In this document: piece after piece, positions 29,390 through 42,475 of the stretch
Numbering within the stretch: the stretch's first letter is position 1
Layout of the letters: each line of letters opens with the position of its first letter
Assembly (NCBI GenBank): GCA_964016885.1
Contig: OZ024751.1
Span: forward strand, 5,766,001 to 5,830,000
DNA: 64,000 nucleotides
Direction: 5' to 3'
From: Eledone cirrhosa
Lineage: Eukaryota
Made by a program: the position numbers and the translations under genes
The notes under the pieces: generated by a model
What the model saw: the letters and a program-made list of their open reading frames with translations, nothing else
What the model was told of the DNA's origin: nothing
Database searches by the model: none

Positions 29390-31038
29390 TCAAAGTTAGA
29401 TATAATATAAGAAGGCTTTAGGCTGCGTTAAACATATATTAGATTGGAACAAATAAAGTTTAGTCAAATGTTTGTGGACATATATATTTAATGTATAAAG
29501 TAATTTCTCAATTGTGAATGCAGATGTCATCAAATGAATACATAATTGTGTGGCAAAGTGTATAGTGTATGCATGGAATACAAAATTACCTTTGTTAGTA
29601 GTCGAAACTTTACAAGCGTTGTATTTTCTGTGCAAAGTACAACATAATGTAACGTGTTCTTATTTAGAATTGTTTATGGAACTGGATGCATGTTGAAAAC
29701 GACTAGTAAGCGAGTTCACTCTGTGAGGAAACTTTAGGCGACTTTAAAGCTTTTATGAGGACAGCAAATTAAAACGTGTTCTCTATTGAAAACATTCTAC
29801 TGAACTTACGTTGTGAGAACAGCGAACTGACCCTGTCTCTCGGCTGAAAGACCGCGCTGAACTGAAGTTTTCAGTTTAAAGTTATGCTGTTATCGACCAA
29901 CATTTACTTGTTCGTGATTGGTTAATTTCTAAGTTCAATTAGTGTATTACCAGTAGTAGTCAAATTCTCGGAATTCAGAAAACTTTGTCTTTCCAGGAAT
30001 TGATGTGAAATTGAAAGTATTCAATTTTCACGAATCTCAGAACAGTGTTTTTCTGCTAATTCAAGTGAGAAACTGAAAGTAGTGTTTTCCACGAATTGGA
30101 GTGAAGAACCTGTGTACACTACAATAGTACTCGTTCATTTATACATTTTCTTTGCACCTTTTTCAGAAAACCCAAAATATTAATGGTAATGTAAATATTT
30201 ATTTTTTTAAGGAACCAGGAGTTTGTTTTACGGAACCCTAAGATTCCGCGGAACCCATGTTGGCGACCACTGGCCTACGTATCTACGTAGTATACAGGCT
30301 GGTATGTAACAGGTGCAATCTATTTTACATAAGCAGAACTATTCGACCGTTACATCTCTATATCAAAGAGTATCTTAACACCAACTCCGCTTCCTTCCGT
30401 AAATACATCAAATGTGGAAACCGGGACAACATTACCACCACAATCTTAGCTACCTAACGCAGTATAGGCACGTTGAGAATTAAGGAAGTCCTCTTAATCA
30501 AGCAATTAAAACCTAGGATCAATAATCGAATGGAAAGAAGTGCACCAGAATGGCTTATTTAAAAGCGTGTATTCCAACATCCCAGCGGCCAGTATCATTC
30601 TTTCTTTCAAATTAAATCTATGTTCTCACTAGGCAAACACACTTCGTCTCACACACACATATACATATATTGCACACATATTTTCCCCGTTTTATTATAT
30701 ACATATTCGCACACAACATAAACTTATATTCATGCACACACATACAAACATTCACGCACACACATTCATACATCATACATATACCATATATTTCACAACG
30801 TTCGAAATTTTAACGTCTTTTTATTTCATTTAACTTAAACCTGCTCTCAAAACAACAAAGTCTATCCGATCTATTTTTTAAGTCTCTCATAGCGTTACTC
30901 CCTTGATAATGGGTTTTTAAATCTGAAAATATTTGGCGTCCTTAAATTTGCTAAGGTAAGATTCTTTTGTTATCTTGGCAATTTAACGTTCTTCCCAACG
31001 CATTGTTTTGCTTTTCAAAATTTAAATTTGTGTTTCCT

Positions 31039-31131
<93 letters not shown>

Positions 31132-31261
31132 GTGAGGTTTTTTTACAAAATGGAAAATAACCGATGTGTCCTACACGAGTGGATGTATAAAGAAAAAAAG
31201 ATGAAATCGAAAATGCAACTGGAGTCTTATTTAAAAATATATATATATATTCATTTGGTTC

Positions 31262-31297
31262 CTTTACCGGTTTCGCAGTTCTTCTGCTTTTCAAAAG
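31262..31297 (-). ncRNA. Minimal hammerhead, U3-A8 core variant
   Basis: Reverse complement ctt-TTGAAAA-gcag aagaa ctgc-GAAA-ccgg-TA-aag; identical at 41912-41947. Confidence 0.65.
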
Positions 31298-31426
31298 TGG
31301 AGTTGAGATGGAGTGTCTGTGGTTTTTCTAACATCTGGTGTGAGAAATAATAGCACTTGTTTACAGGAAAGTAGACTTAGCACTTTCCTGTAAACAAGTG
31401 ATATTATGCCTCATACCATGTTACCT

Positions 31427-31496
31427 TATTTTATCTGATGAGACCACAATGTTTGTCCCAGGAAGATTTTGTATTCGAAATGCGCATAATAAAATA
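31427..31496 (+). ncRNA. Type I hammerhead ribozyme
   Basis: tattttat-CTGATGA-ga..acaa...ttgt.ttc-GAAA-tgcgca-TA-ataaaata (8-bp stem I); preceded by a hairpin at 31335-31420. Confidence 0.75.
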
Positions 31497-31534
31497 TATG
31501 GAACTATTTTACCCATCTTTTAATTTCTTCTTTA

Positions 31535-31629
<95 letters not shown>

Positions 31630-31999
31630 GCAGAGAGAGAAAGTGAGAGAGAGAGTATTACATAGATCGAATGCCATATGCAGTTGTATTTAGGTTTATT
31701 TTTATCTCCATGATACATATTCCGCTGAGATCCATGGCTAGATAGTGTTCACTCTACCAATTCCGATAGCCCGAGTTCGTCAGATAGTATAACAAATTTT
31801 AAAACAACTTTCAAAACTTAAAATCATTAATAAATCTCACAAAATAATTTAAAAAAGTTATAATTAGAATTATATTTCAGAATATTATAACCGAAAACAA
31901 GATGTAAACATAGTTTAAAATAAAATAGATGAAAATAACATAGATATATTCCAAATAGTATCGTTATATGTTAATAAAATGAAGTATATAATGTAGTTG

Positions 32000-32177
32000 T
32001 TGGGTTGGCAGTATCGGTAGAGGGTCGGATGCCATGTTTTGACGCATAGAGATACGGTCCTTGCCATTCTAATTTCAAATCCCGCCGAGGTTAACTTTGC
32101 CTTTCATCCTTACGGGGTCAATAAAATAAGGTACCAGTAATGCACTGGGAGAATTGCCAAAAGTAGAAACAGTTATT
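32000..32177 (+). mobile_element. OK-like SINE
   Basis: ttggcagtatcggtagagggtcgg...gcctttcatccttacggggtc...gaaacagttatt. Confidence 0.9.
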
Positions 32178-32718
32178 TAGTTAAGGTTTAACTGGGCTAA
32201 ATGTGCTAAATGTGTGAGAGTCCTTCTCTATCGCTAGTTCCATATTCAATTACAACTCAACGGATTGCATCCAGATTGCATCCTAGGTGATTCATGCAGT
32301 CGATGAGTGGGACTCCACTCTGAAATATGGTCTTATAAATGGTAGGGGTGCAGTAGGAATGTTCCCCGCAGCTTACACTATACAGCAGTGAAACTGACCG
32401 AGATCTCAGGGCCAACTTATCTAACCGGTAAGAAGTTATTAGGGAGTTGTGTAAACAATTACAAATTGTAGTTTACCCTGGGTCAGCCTACATCGCTGTC
32501 TCCGCTTACCCAGTCATCGACTTATATATACATATGAGTAAAAATATAGGATCGACCGCTTGCTCGGCGGTTTCGTCTACATTTACTCATATACCCTCTC
32601 TGAACATCATACCCTGTATCAAGTATTTCTTTGATTTGTCGCTTTCACTGTCCCTGTACTGCAGTCTATCGATACCTATCAATCTATCTACACACATATA
32701 TATATGTGCATATATATA

Positions 32719-32755
<37 letters not shown>

Positions 32756-32783
32756 TGAAAAATGGCGTGGTGCGTTGTTGCGA

Positions 32784-32844
<61 letters not shown>

Positions 32845-33138
32845 TGTGTGTGTGTGTGCGTCTGTGTATATATATATATATATATATTTGTGTGTGTGCG
32901 TGTCTGTGTGAGTATATATTTGAATATATGTGCGTGTGTGCGTGAATTAGATAGTGAGAGTTGCTATGGAATTTGCTGACATGCTACACCTATCAACAGT
33001 ATCTCAAACCAATGGCTACTCTTTTCCCAAAGCTATGCCGCATCGGATAATATAGTTCCTAGATACAGTATCAAGAAATTACACACACACACACAACACA
33101 CGCACACACATATATATATATATACACTACTCACAAAC

Positions 33139-33169
<31 letters not shown>

Positions 33170-33894
33170 CACAAACTAAATTGATAGTGTTAGAGCAACT
33201 TTTAACAAAGGTGTACTATGTCAAAGTGCAAATGACCAACAGTAAACGCCATATTGAAGTATCTAGTTCCTACGCCATAGACATTTATATTTACTTTATT
33301 AACCAACATAGATCAGATATGAATGACCCACGTTGAATACACATGTGAGACAAATATAAACTACAGTAACATGGCAACAGTAACATAGAAAATGTAATAT
33401 ACCCACAGCAACATAGCAACAGTAACATAGCTACAGTAATATACCCACAGCAAAATATCCACACCAACATACCCACAGCTACGGATTATTTTATACACGT
33501 CTCGGACTACAAACGTTACACAATGAACTATTTCAAAGTAGCTTGTGCTGCAAGGCGATATGATAAATATTTTAATGTCTTTACAAAGTTTACGTCCATC
33601 GTAATTCTTTTCTTTATTTAATAACATTGCATCTATGTAATGTTGCGGAAACAGATGTCTTCAGTGCTATAGGAATCTGTAATGGGCAGACGTGTCATTA
33701 CAGACACAGTAATTAGGTCGGAAATCAAATTAAATGTAACTTCCTTCGTAATTTCACAAAGATTAAGAAACAGAATTGAATACATTCTGTTAAATAAGCA
33801 TTATGGTAATATGGATTATAAACACACATACACACACGCATATATATATTTATATATATATGTATGTATGTAAAAGTTAAACACAAATAACAAC

Positions 33895-34140
33895 ACAATC
33901 GGTACAGTATATGGAAGGTATATATTAGGTTAACGCTTGATATAGAAGGAAGAGGGTCTTAACGTTTCGGACGTTAGTCCTTCATCACAAGGAAGAATGA
34001 GAAATAAATAGATTAAGAGGACGGGCGCGATGGAATTGGAAAAAATGTCTTTAGATAAAAATAATAGGACCATTCATGTTGACATCTCTTGCAAAACTGT
34101 TTGTGCTGGTGTTTTGTGTATGATTTGTTTTTTAGAAAAT
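33895..34140 (-). mobile_element. PLE 3' terminus with mutated hammerhead (33957-33992)
   Basis: Homologous to 2850-3070 and 58470-58690; core reads GTGATGA. Confidence 0.7.
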
Positions 34141-34257
34141 TGGATTATGGCGCGCGTCTACCTGAAAAGGAAAAAGAAACGTTTTGTAAAAAGGGCTATA
34201 CTTGAGCACGTGCGTAAGCATGAGTTTGTGTGTGTGTGTGGGGTGTGTGTGTGTGTG

Positions 34258-34300
<43 letters not shown>

Positions 34301-34355
34301 CGTGCGTGTGTGTGTGTGTGTGTGTGTGTGTTATTATAGGTCCGTACGAAAATAT

Positions 34356-34800
34356 TTAGAAATATCTCGGTGGGGCAGTTGCACGCAGAAACGATAGGAC
34401 GGCTAGGATTATTTTGTTTGTGTATTTTGGGGAGGAAGTAGGTGGTGGGTGTGCGAGGACGCGTACAATAAGGTTGGTGGCTGTGGGGGTAGGAGAGAGG
34501 AGGAGAGAGGAGGAGATGAGCTCGTGGATGGTGGAGGACACGAGTTGTTGGTAGCCTGGAGTGGGGTCGGAGGATAAAGGACGGTAAAAAAGGGTATTGT
34601 GAAGCTGGCGGGGAGGCTCAGCCCTATGGAGGTCTTCGCTCCAAACCACCACAGCGCCACCTTTGCCAGCGAGTTTGATGACAATATCATCGCGACACCG
34701 ATGGTTGCGAAGAGCGGAGAGCTCAGTTCGCGTGATGTTAGAGCGACGAGAATGCTGGTGGAAACGGAACCGATTCACAGTACGCCGGCAAGTATCGACA
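34356..34800 (-). pseudogene. Penelope-type RT N-terminal fragment
   Basis: SNITRTELSALR...DIVIKLAGKGGAVVVW (DKG motif region); another frame reads YFLPKIHKQNNPSRPIVSACNCPTE. Confidence 0.85.
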
Positions 34801-35017
34801 AAGGAGTCGAGGGTATATGTTTATATGCTTCAAATTCTAAATTTGTTGAGCTGCATGTATTGTAAATGGTATACCGCACCTCTTTCTAGCGGATGCGACG
34901 TCCTGTCATATTCATACCTGCCGTCACTGTTAAAGAATTAATTCTAACAACGAGCTTTTGGATTGACTACTTCTCGGAACATGACAGGTATAAAGTTATT
35001 TTGTATTTTATTGGATA

Positions 35018-35951
35018 CTAGCAGTAAAGCCCGGCGTTGCTCGGGTCGCTCAGTAGCTGTGTTAAAGTTACAATGTTAAGTTTCTTTCTTGGCTTAAAAA
35101 CTGTAGTGCCTACTGTGCAGACTTGCATGTGGTGTTTTTGATTAATATTCCCTCAACCAACAATATGCCTTATGAAGTTAAGAAAACATAACGATAACCC
35201 TAATGTTATAACAAAAGAGGATGCTGGGGATAGAAACTGCACTGGTTATTTATTAACAAAGATCGAAAATGTAAACACTGCAACGCAGAGAAAAACATTA
35301 GCGTAACCAAATTATCAGTTATGTCTGTCTGCACGCCTATATCACCTCTCTGCACGACTGTCTGTCTGCACGCCTATATCACCTCTCTGCACGACTGTCT
35401 GTCTGCACGCCTATATCACCTCTCTGCACAACTGTCTGTCTGCACGCCTATATCACATCTCTGCACGACTGTCTGTCTGCACGCCTATATCACCTCTCTG
35501 CACGACTGTCTGTCTGCACGCCTAACGACGAAATATTTGCTTGTTTTACGTAGTCTTTAAATAGACTTGTTTTCAAGTAAAAATATTGTTTTAAAATGCT
35601 TTTAAATGGAAATGAAGCAAAACGGAAGCTTAGTGTTCGAACTGATGAATTTTGCAGGTCAATATTTTGCTGGCTCGACAACTGTTAAAGCCAGCGTAAT
35701 TTTTTACGTAAGACGCTCAATGTAAACAGAACAAAGGGAAATAACTGATCACTTACGCTCAAAAATCGATACATTATATTCGATTTCGTCACATAGGGTG
35801 GGTCAATTTGAAATTTTTTTTTTCCGATATCTTCGCTAGGGCTCAATGTACAAGTATAGCAATTTCGGTGCAATTCCGTGAGAGATTCTAAGAGGAGATG
35901 TGTGCCAAAAGTCGATAGACAGACAGACAACCACAGTTTTATATATATAGA
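35018..35951 (-). mobile_element. Non-autonomous Helitron
   Basis: Minus strand begins TCtatatata followed by (CTGT)n, and ends with hairpin cccgagcaacgccggg then CTAG. Inserted in AT without TSD. Confidence 0.75.
35322..35524. repeat. 37-bp minisatellite, five full copies plus a partial one
   Basis: Unit tgtctgtctgcacgcctatatcacctctctgcacgac, head-to-tail without spacers. Confidence 0.95.
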
Positions 35952-36568
35952 TTACAAACAAGACGTTTTTTCCTCTGACGATTAGTTCTGTCTGTTGGAG
36001 ATGAAAGTTGATAATTGGTAATCAGTAATCGATTAATTAGATCGATTTTTAATCTGGTTCTAGGATCTATGAAACAGCGCTGTCGGGAATTTATTAATTC
36101 GTCCACCTTAATGTATATAATGTTTCCTAAATATGATATGCTTTTTAAAAATATGTACAAACTACTACATGATGCTCTAATTGATATATGGCTATATACA
36201 TATATATTTTTAAATTTTGAATTATATATATATTAAAGATCTATTCTTTCACTCTCTATCCTTCTCTGGAACAAATCAACTGTATTCCAACCTGGAGAGG
36301 GATGAACTCCGCCATGTTTCAAATATCCACTAGAAACGCCATAGGAGAAACAGGACTATATATAAAAAAGTAATATATATATATATATATTTAGATATGT
36401 TGGTTCACCACTGGATACAACTGGTCATTCCATATGGTCAACCTCGATGGAGAGCACTCGACGTAATTCAACTCACCCGTCTTCGTTTGCGTTGTTGGTG
36501 CGAGTACGGAGTTAATTATTATGAAATAACAGGAGACTGGACTGGTGTAATTCCTTAAAAGGTTTATT

Positions 36569-36626
36569 ATACTATAATCATTTCAATGACCTGGCTCAGT
36601 GTGAATCCGGTGATATCATCAGGTAT
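36569..36626 (-). ncRNA. Type I hammerhead (left arm of A)
   Basis: Reverse complement atac-CTGATGA-tatcaccgg...caggtcatt-GAAA-tgatta-TA-gtat. Confidence 0.75.
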
Positions 36627-38370
36627 TCGAAATATAATAAAGGAATATAATGGACAAAATCCATGGTGCTGAAAATCAGACATATGAGGGCGGCCGACCA
36701 TTTAGCAGCCCGACAACCGCCCTCGAGTGATTATTATTAAGTCCGCTTATCTCCTTGTGTTGGAGGAGCGTAGGCTTATAGTGCACTACTACCATCCTGT
36801 CAAAGATAGAGGCCAGCGGTGAGATCAGGTTACATTCAAGCTGGTCATGACTGCTAGAAAGTGCCGCGAAAAATATTTTTTCAAAAAAAGGTAATTCCTT
36901 AACAAAGCTATATATATGTGGCGCCAGCACAGTATATTGTATGGTCAGAAATTACGATTAGCAATTAGAAACGTTAAATTTGTGTTTAGAGTTAAAAGAT
37001 GCCATTTAAGATGAAATTAGAAAAGTTACCACCCTAGGTATGACTGCATTTTATTTATGCATTTTACTTATGTTGTTATTTATGTTATATATGTTTTTAT
37101 TTATTCGCTTCAACCCCCACCCCATATACCTATCCTTGTACTCATTAGCGCACGACCCTAGAATATTACTCTCTGTACCCTTATATGTGTTTATCTTTAA
37201 TCACTCCCCCTACCCACTCAAGATTCACACTACATATAACCCGGACTAACTGGGGACTAAATATAATCTATTGACACATTTCATCAGGTTTTGCAACTCT
37301 TAAACTTCACATCACGGGTGTGAATAACTAATAATCGTTTGGTACACGCGATGATCCGAAGGATATGGCGGCTTTCCCGAGAGCACGCCAGGCGCTCGGG
37401 TCGATCAGCCTTCCTAGAGTATATTCGGTAAACGAATATACTCGGAACAACTGTTCCGCACTGGGGCTCTGTCAGACTTGGAATCCGCCATGTAACCGGG
37501 TATTGACCGCCAAACAGTACCTTTAAATTCCAGGCTTAATCATAACTTTTAACTTTATCATGCCTCCTTCTACTAGTACTCAACTAAATTCCCCAACATT
37601 GTGAATAACAAGTAATCGCTAGGTATATACGATAGCCAGCTGACGGTGGTGGACTTCCCGCTAGCACACCCGGCGCTTAAAACAGTTAACATTCCTGGAG
37701 TGCTTGGAAAAATAAATTTCCCTTTCTTTCGCAAGACGAAAATACTCGGAACGGTTGAGACGCCGTTGGGCCCCGGGCTGGCCGGGGGTCTGCAACGTCA
37801 CTGGTTAATGTCCGCTAAGCATGGGCTTAATCTTTACTCTATATTCCACCCTGAAACTCTATCGTGACTATATACACTTATACTTTTTCTTAAAAGCCTC
37901 CTTCTGTAAATTCTTTAACTTAATCTCGCAACCTTAAACCTAAATCTTACTTTTCTAATTTCTTCTTAAAAGGCATCTTTTAACTCTAAACACAAATTTA
38001 ACGTTTCTAATTGCTAATCGTAATTTTTTACCATACAATATACTGTCCTGACGCCATTATATAGCTTTGTTAATGAAATATCTTGTTAAGGAAATACCTG
38101 AGTGCTAGAAGTGCCGCGAAAGATATTTTTCGCGGCACTTTCTAGCACTAATGACCAGCTTGAATGTAACCTGATCTCACTGCTGGCCTCAGTATTTGAC
38201 AGGATGGTAGTAAGCCTACGCTCCTCCACCACAAGGACATAAGTAGACTTAATAATCATCACTTAAGGGCGATTGACCGGGCTGGTGGCTGCTAAATGGT
38301 CGGCCGCCCTCATGTCTCTGATTTTCAGCACCATGGATTTAGTCTATTATATTCCTTTGTAATATTTCGA

Positions 38371-38428
38371 ATACCTGATGATGTCACCGGATTCATACTG
38401 AACCCGGTCATTGAAATGATCATAGTAT
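38371..38428 (+). ncRNA. Type I hammerhead (right arm of A)
   Basis: atac-CTGATGA-tgtcaccgg...ccggtcatt-GAAA-tgatca-TA-gtat. Confidence 0.8.
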
Positions 38429-40945
38429 AATAAAGCTTTTAAGGAATTACACCAGTCAAGCCTCCTGTTATTTTATAATATATATATATGTATATATATA
38501 TTGCTCTTTTAAACTTTTACCCGTTCCAGCCATCCGGCTGAAGCCAGAATGGGGCACCACCCCTATATGTATATAATGTCACGAATCCTCGAACAATCCT
38601 ATATGTTTATGAATATACGGGAGAAAAGACCCGTTCATTGCGCTTCGGCTCCTCCAAAACATCCGCTCAATTATAACAAAATCACAAATTCCATCAAATT
38701 TTTTGCTTATTTTCAAAATGCTTTACAATCCTAGAGAATTTTCTTTTTATTCGGCATATGATAACGAACGTTGAAAGGTGTAAAGTTGATTAGAGGTATT
38801 GTACTTTATAGGACAGTATTCAATACAGCAATATAAGCTTTCAGAAAATGTTTACAGTCTTTTCTAGAATGTAAATTATAGGAAATTCTAATCGATATCC
38901 TTTAGATTACGTAGAGTAGAAAATATACCTTTGAAATAAGTAATATTGAACTAAATAACATGAAATCACAGCGAAAATCTAACTCATGTACACAAAATAT
39001 TTCCGCATGGAGAGCAAACGAATTATAAAAGCGTATAACACCTTCCTGAAGGACACATTAATTTTACATCAGTAAATATTATGGATGTAGCTACATCATT
39101 ATATCTTGCTGGTATAACCAATTCATATTTGAAGATACTTTTCTCAATGATATATCTATAAAGGAAACACGTTTGAAAATAACCTTTCGAGGAACAAGAA
39201 TATATTGCTTTATGGGTATACTTATTTTAAATTATAAAGTTTTGCTATAGGTACGATATATAATAACTACAATGAATAATGAGAATCTACATGGAGTGTA
39301 ATGTTACAATTTTACCTGAGTGACATAAGATCAAGATTCCTTCATTACTCACATTATTACTCTCTGACATATCTGTACATGCATTGTCCCTTTTGGTACA
39401 CCGCAGTTAGTTTCTTATTGATGTCTTTACATATAGCTTATTAAAAGATTCACTGATTTTGGAATGGTGGACGGACTTTCTAATAATTCAATATACAATG
39501 GTGGCATCTTTGTAATTTTAATATATAATGACCAGATTCCTATAGACAGCACACTTGTATGTTTGGTCCTTTTTTAATATTTCGTAATTCTACTACACAC
39601 ACACATTCATAGACACATACAGACACTGAAATACACATACACACATATGTATATATGTTTGTTCACGTGTGTGTATCTGATGTGATAATATGTATATATA
39701 TATATATATATATATATGAGTCCCGCGTTGAATTGGGGCTAACCACAGTAAGTAAAATATTTAATACATTATAATAGAGTGTAAAAATCAAATTTAATAT
39801 AGAAATATTACAGCTGGGTATAGGGTCGTGTGTTTTTGTTTACCTCGGGTGTCATGTAGGTTTTCTTCTTGTCATTTTGTTTTCAAAATGGCGGGAGGGG
39901 CGCGAAACATATTTATCATTGCGATCGAGCCCGTAACATGGAGAATTCTGATGTTCTTGGCCCTAGGTCCACCTCCCTACTCAGCACCGTCGACACGGAG
40001 TTGACTAGCCGCAGGTGTGAGACTCGCCAGTTGGAATGGCTCAATCAACGCGTCCCCCTCGCCATCCTCGGGGAAACGCCTTCTCTATGCAAAGAAGCTA
40101 TCTGACGATTCGAAATTTTTTGATGATTTCCATTGTATATAAAAGAATGCACAATATTGTCTAATCGGATGAAATTGCAGTAATGGCAATATTAAGGGTT
40201 GAGCAGGCTTAGTTTAGTGCTTTGCTGGGAGCTTGCCCTTTTGCTAACTTTGTAAAATTTATTTCACCACTCTCTCTCATACACAAGTTACTTGATAAAA
40301 GTAACACGATTAGAGGGATTTTCTTGCTGATCACTCCACCTGTTATAATTAGCTTTTGAATCACCTTTAAATCCCGTTACACAATTAAATAACGAACGAA
40401 ACTTTCGTAGATGAAACCCTATAGAAATTATGTCTGAAAATTAACCATGACTTTATAGACTTCACTCGAACAAACTCGATTAAATATTTTGTCTATCAAA
40501 GCTGACATTGGACTATCAACAACATCGCTGTACGTATTACCACCATTAAATTAAAGATAAATGGTTAATTGGGAATAGAGATACTGTAACAAATATCTGG
40601 GAATGTGAAAGAACATATTATGCTATTATGTATGTAATTAGTATATCATTAGAGGAATTATATTCAACAAATGCTGACGATATAACAAAAAAATAATGTA
40701 ATTGTATTTTTAAGAAAGCTTATTAGATCATTATACAACAATAAATTGCGTTAATTTTTCACCTTTTATATTCCTAATGATATCAGATCAGATTATTGCA
40801 CCGAATAAAGGCGTTTATTTTCACAAGAATTCTGAAGAAATAAAACGAGTATAAGCATATATAACATTTTTCACAATTATATTTCAACACATAAAAGCAA
40901 ATATATGTACACACACACACACACTCACACACACACACACACACG

Positions 40946-41028
<83 letters not shown>

Positions 41029-41199
41029 GTGTATGTATATTAATATATATATGTATATATACACACACATATATATATACATATATATATATACATACGC
41101 ATATATATATATTTACATATTTACATACACACACATATATAATTATGTATATATATATATACACATATATATGTATATACACACACACACATATATGTT

Positions 41200-41231
<32 letters not shown>

Positions 41232-41712
41232 CACATACATATATATATTTATATGCGTAGATATCAAGTTGTATGTGTCACAGACATAATATGACAATAT
41301 TCTATGGACTTTTCAAATATATACAATTAAAATCCATTTATATTTAATGTATATATTTACGATGTGTGATTTATAATTGGTTATTCACAGTTATTAATGT
41401 CTTCTTCCATGTTCTATCTATTTATATATAAGCTATTAGAATTTGACAGTAACTATTGACAATAGTGTCTTCCTTGAATTAATGTGACTTACGTTAGTGT
41501 CATAATAAAACATAATGAAAAAATAATAATAGCGCAAAATTAATTATTATTTTTGTAATTTTAATTGCTATTTTATCTTGAGTATGCTGAAAACCATGAT
41601 ACTATAAATAGTGAGTGTGATTAAGATGCTAATAATGATTAGGATTGTTACGATGTTGGAATAATAACTACAAAAGATAAGAGTGTATATGAATGACACA
41701 GTCATGCATTAT

Positions 41713-41772
<60 letters not shown>

Positions 41773-41779
<7 letters not shown>

Positions 41780-42475
41780 TGTGAGGTTTTTTTTACAAGA
41801 TGAAAAATAACCGAGGTGTCCTACTAGAGTGAAAGTATAAAGAAAAAAAGATGAAATCCAAAATGCAACTGGGTTCTTATTTAAAAAAATATATATATAC
41901 TTATTTGGTTCCTTTACCGGTTTCGCAGTTCTTCTGCTTTTCAAAAGTAGAGTTGCCTGTGGTTTTTCTCACATCTGGTTGGTCTTTGAATGTTACTTGT
42001 TTTATATGGAAAAAAGTGGCTCAAAACGCCAGGTTTTTAGAGAAGTAATTTGATTCATTGGTCAATAAGTATAATAAATTTCGCACCAGTTCGCGTTATC
42101 AAGTTCTTCAAAGAAGGGCGGGGGGGGGGGGGGGGGGGCAGGTTGTTTTTTATATATGTGTGTTTGAGTTTCTTTTTACTTAAAAAAGGGGCTCACGAAG
42201 GCTTTTTTTTAAAAAATGAAATTTGATTGGTTATAAATGAAATTATGGCTGTCACGTGAACAAGTTCATTAAATTTCGCGCCCGTATTTGGGAATTTATT
42301 TTGTAGCCTTTTAGAGAATTTTATGACAATAAAAAAAGTGGCTCACGAAGGCTTTTTTTTAAAAATGGAATTTGATTGGTTATAAATGAAATTATGACTG
42401 TCGCGTGAGCAAGTTCATTAAATTTCGTATTTGGGAATTTATTTTGTAGCCTTTTAGAGAATTTTATGACAAGCA
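41773..42475 (-). mobile_element. PLE-like 3' terminus with U3-A8 HHR (41912-41947) and ~148-bp tandem duplication (42181-42470)
   Basis: 41773-41980 matches 31124-31340; ggctcacgaaggctttttttt...gagaattttatgacaa occurs twice; related to 19975-20065. Confidence 0.7.

Larger units (their letters stand above)
26590..30272 (-). mobile_element. hAT DNA transposon, Buster/Charlie group
   Basis: 14-bp TIR cagtggtcgccaac / gttggcgaccactg; 8-bp TSD gcctacgt (nnnTAnnn) at 26582-26589 and 30273-30280. Confidence 0.95.
26380..30562 (+). pseudogene. Penelope-type GIY-YIG endonuclease fragment split by the hAT insertion (26380-26589 and 30273-30562)
   Basis: KIPHLSEE...CTLANCPI..CCL | RIYVVYRLVCNRCNLFYISRTIRPLHLYIKEYL...RIKEVLLIKQLKPRINNR. 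Confidence 0.75.
36390..38482. mobile_element. Fold-back element A: ~500-bp inverted arms (36516-37010 / 37964-38480), non-coding ~950-bp interior
   Basis: Arms align as reverse complements, each has a terminal HHR, and the element is flanked by (TA)n. Confidence 0.85.

Noticed and set aside
32533-32592. Minus-strand GAAA-ccgc/gcgg-TC resembling an HHR 3' half within a hairpin
   Set aside because: No CUGANGA upstream (tatatga) and no stem I; too degenerate to call.
35322-35524. 37-bp repeats resembling a CRISPR array
   Set aside because: Units are contiguous with no unique spacers, there are no cas genes, and the context is a eukaryotic Helitron.
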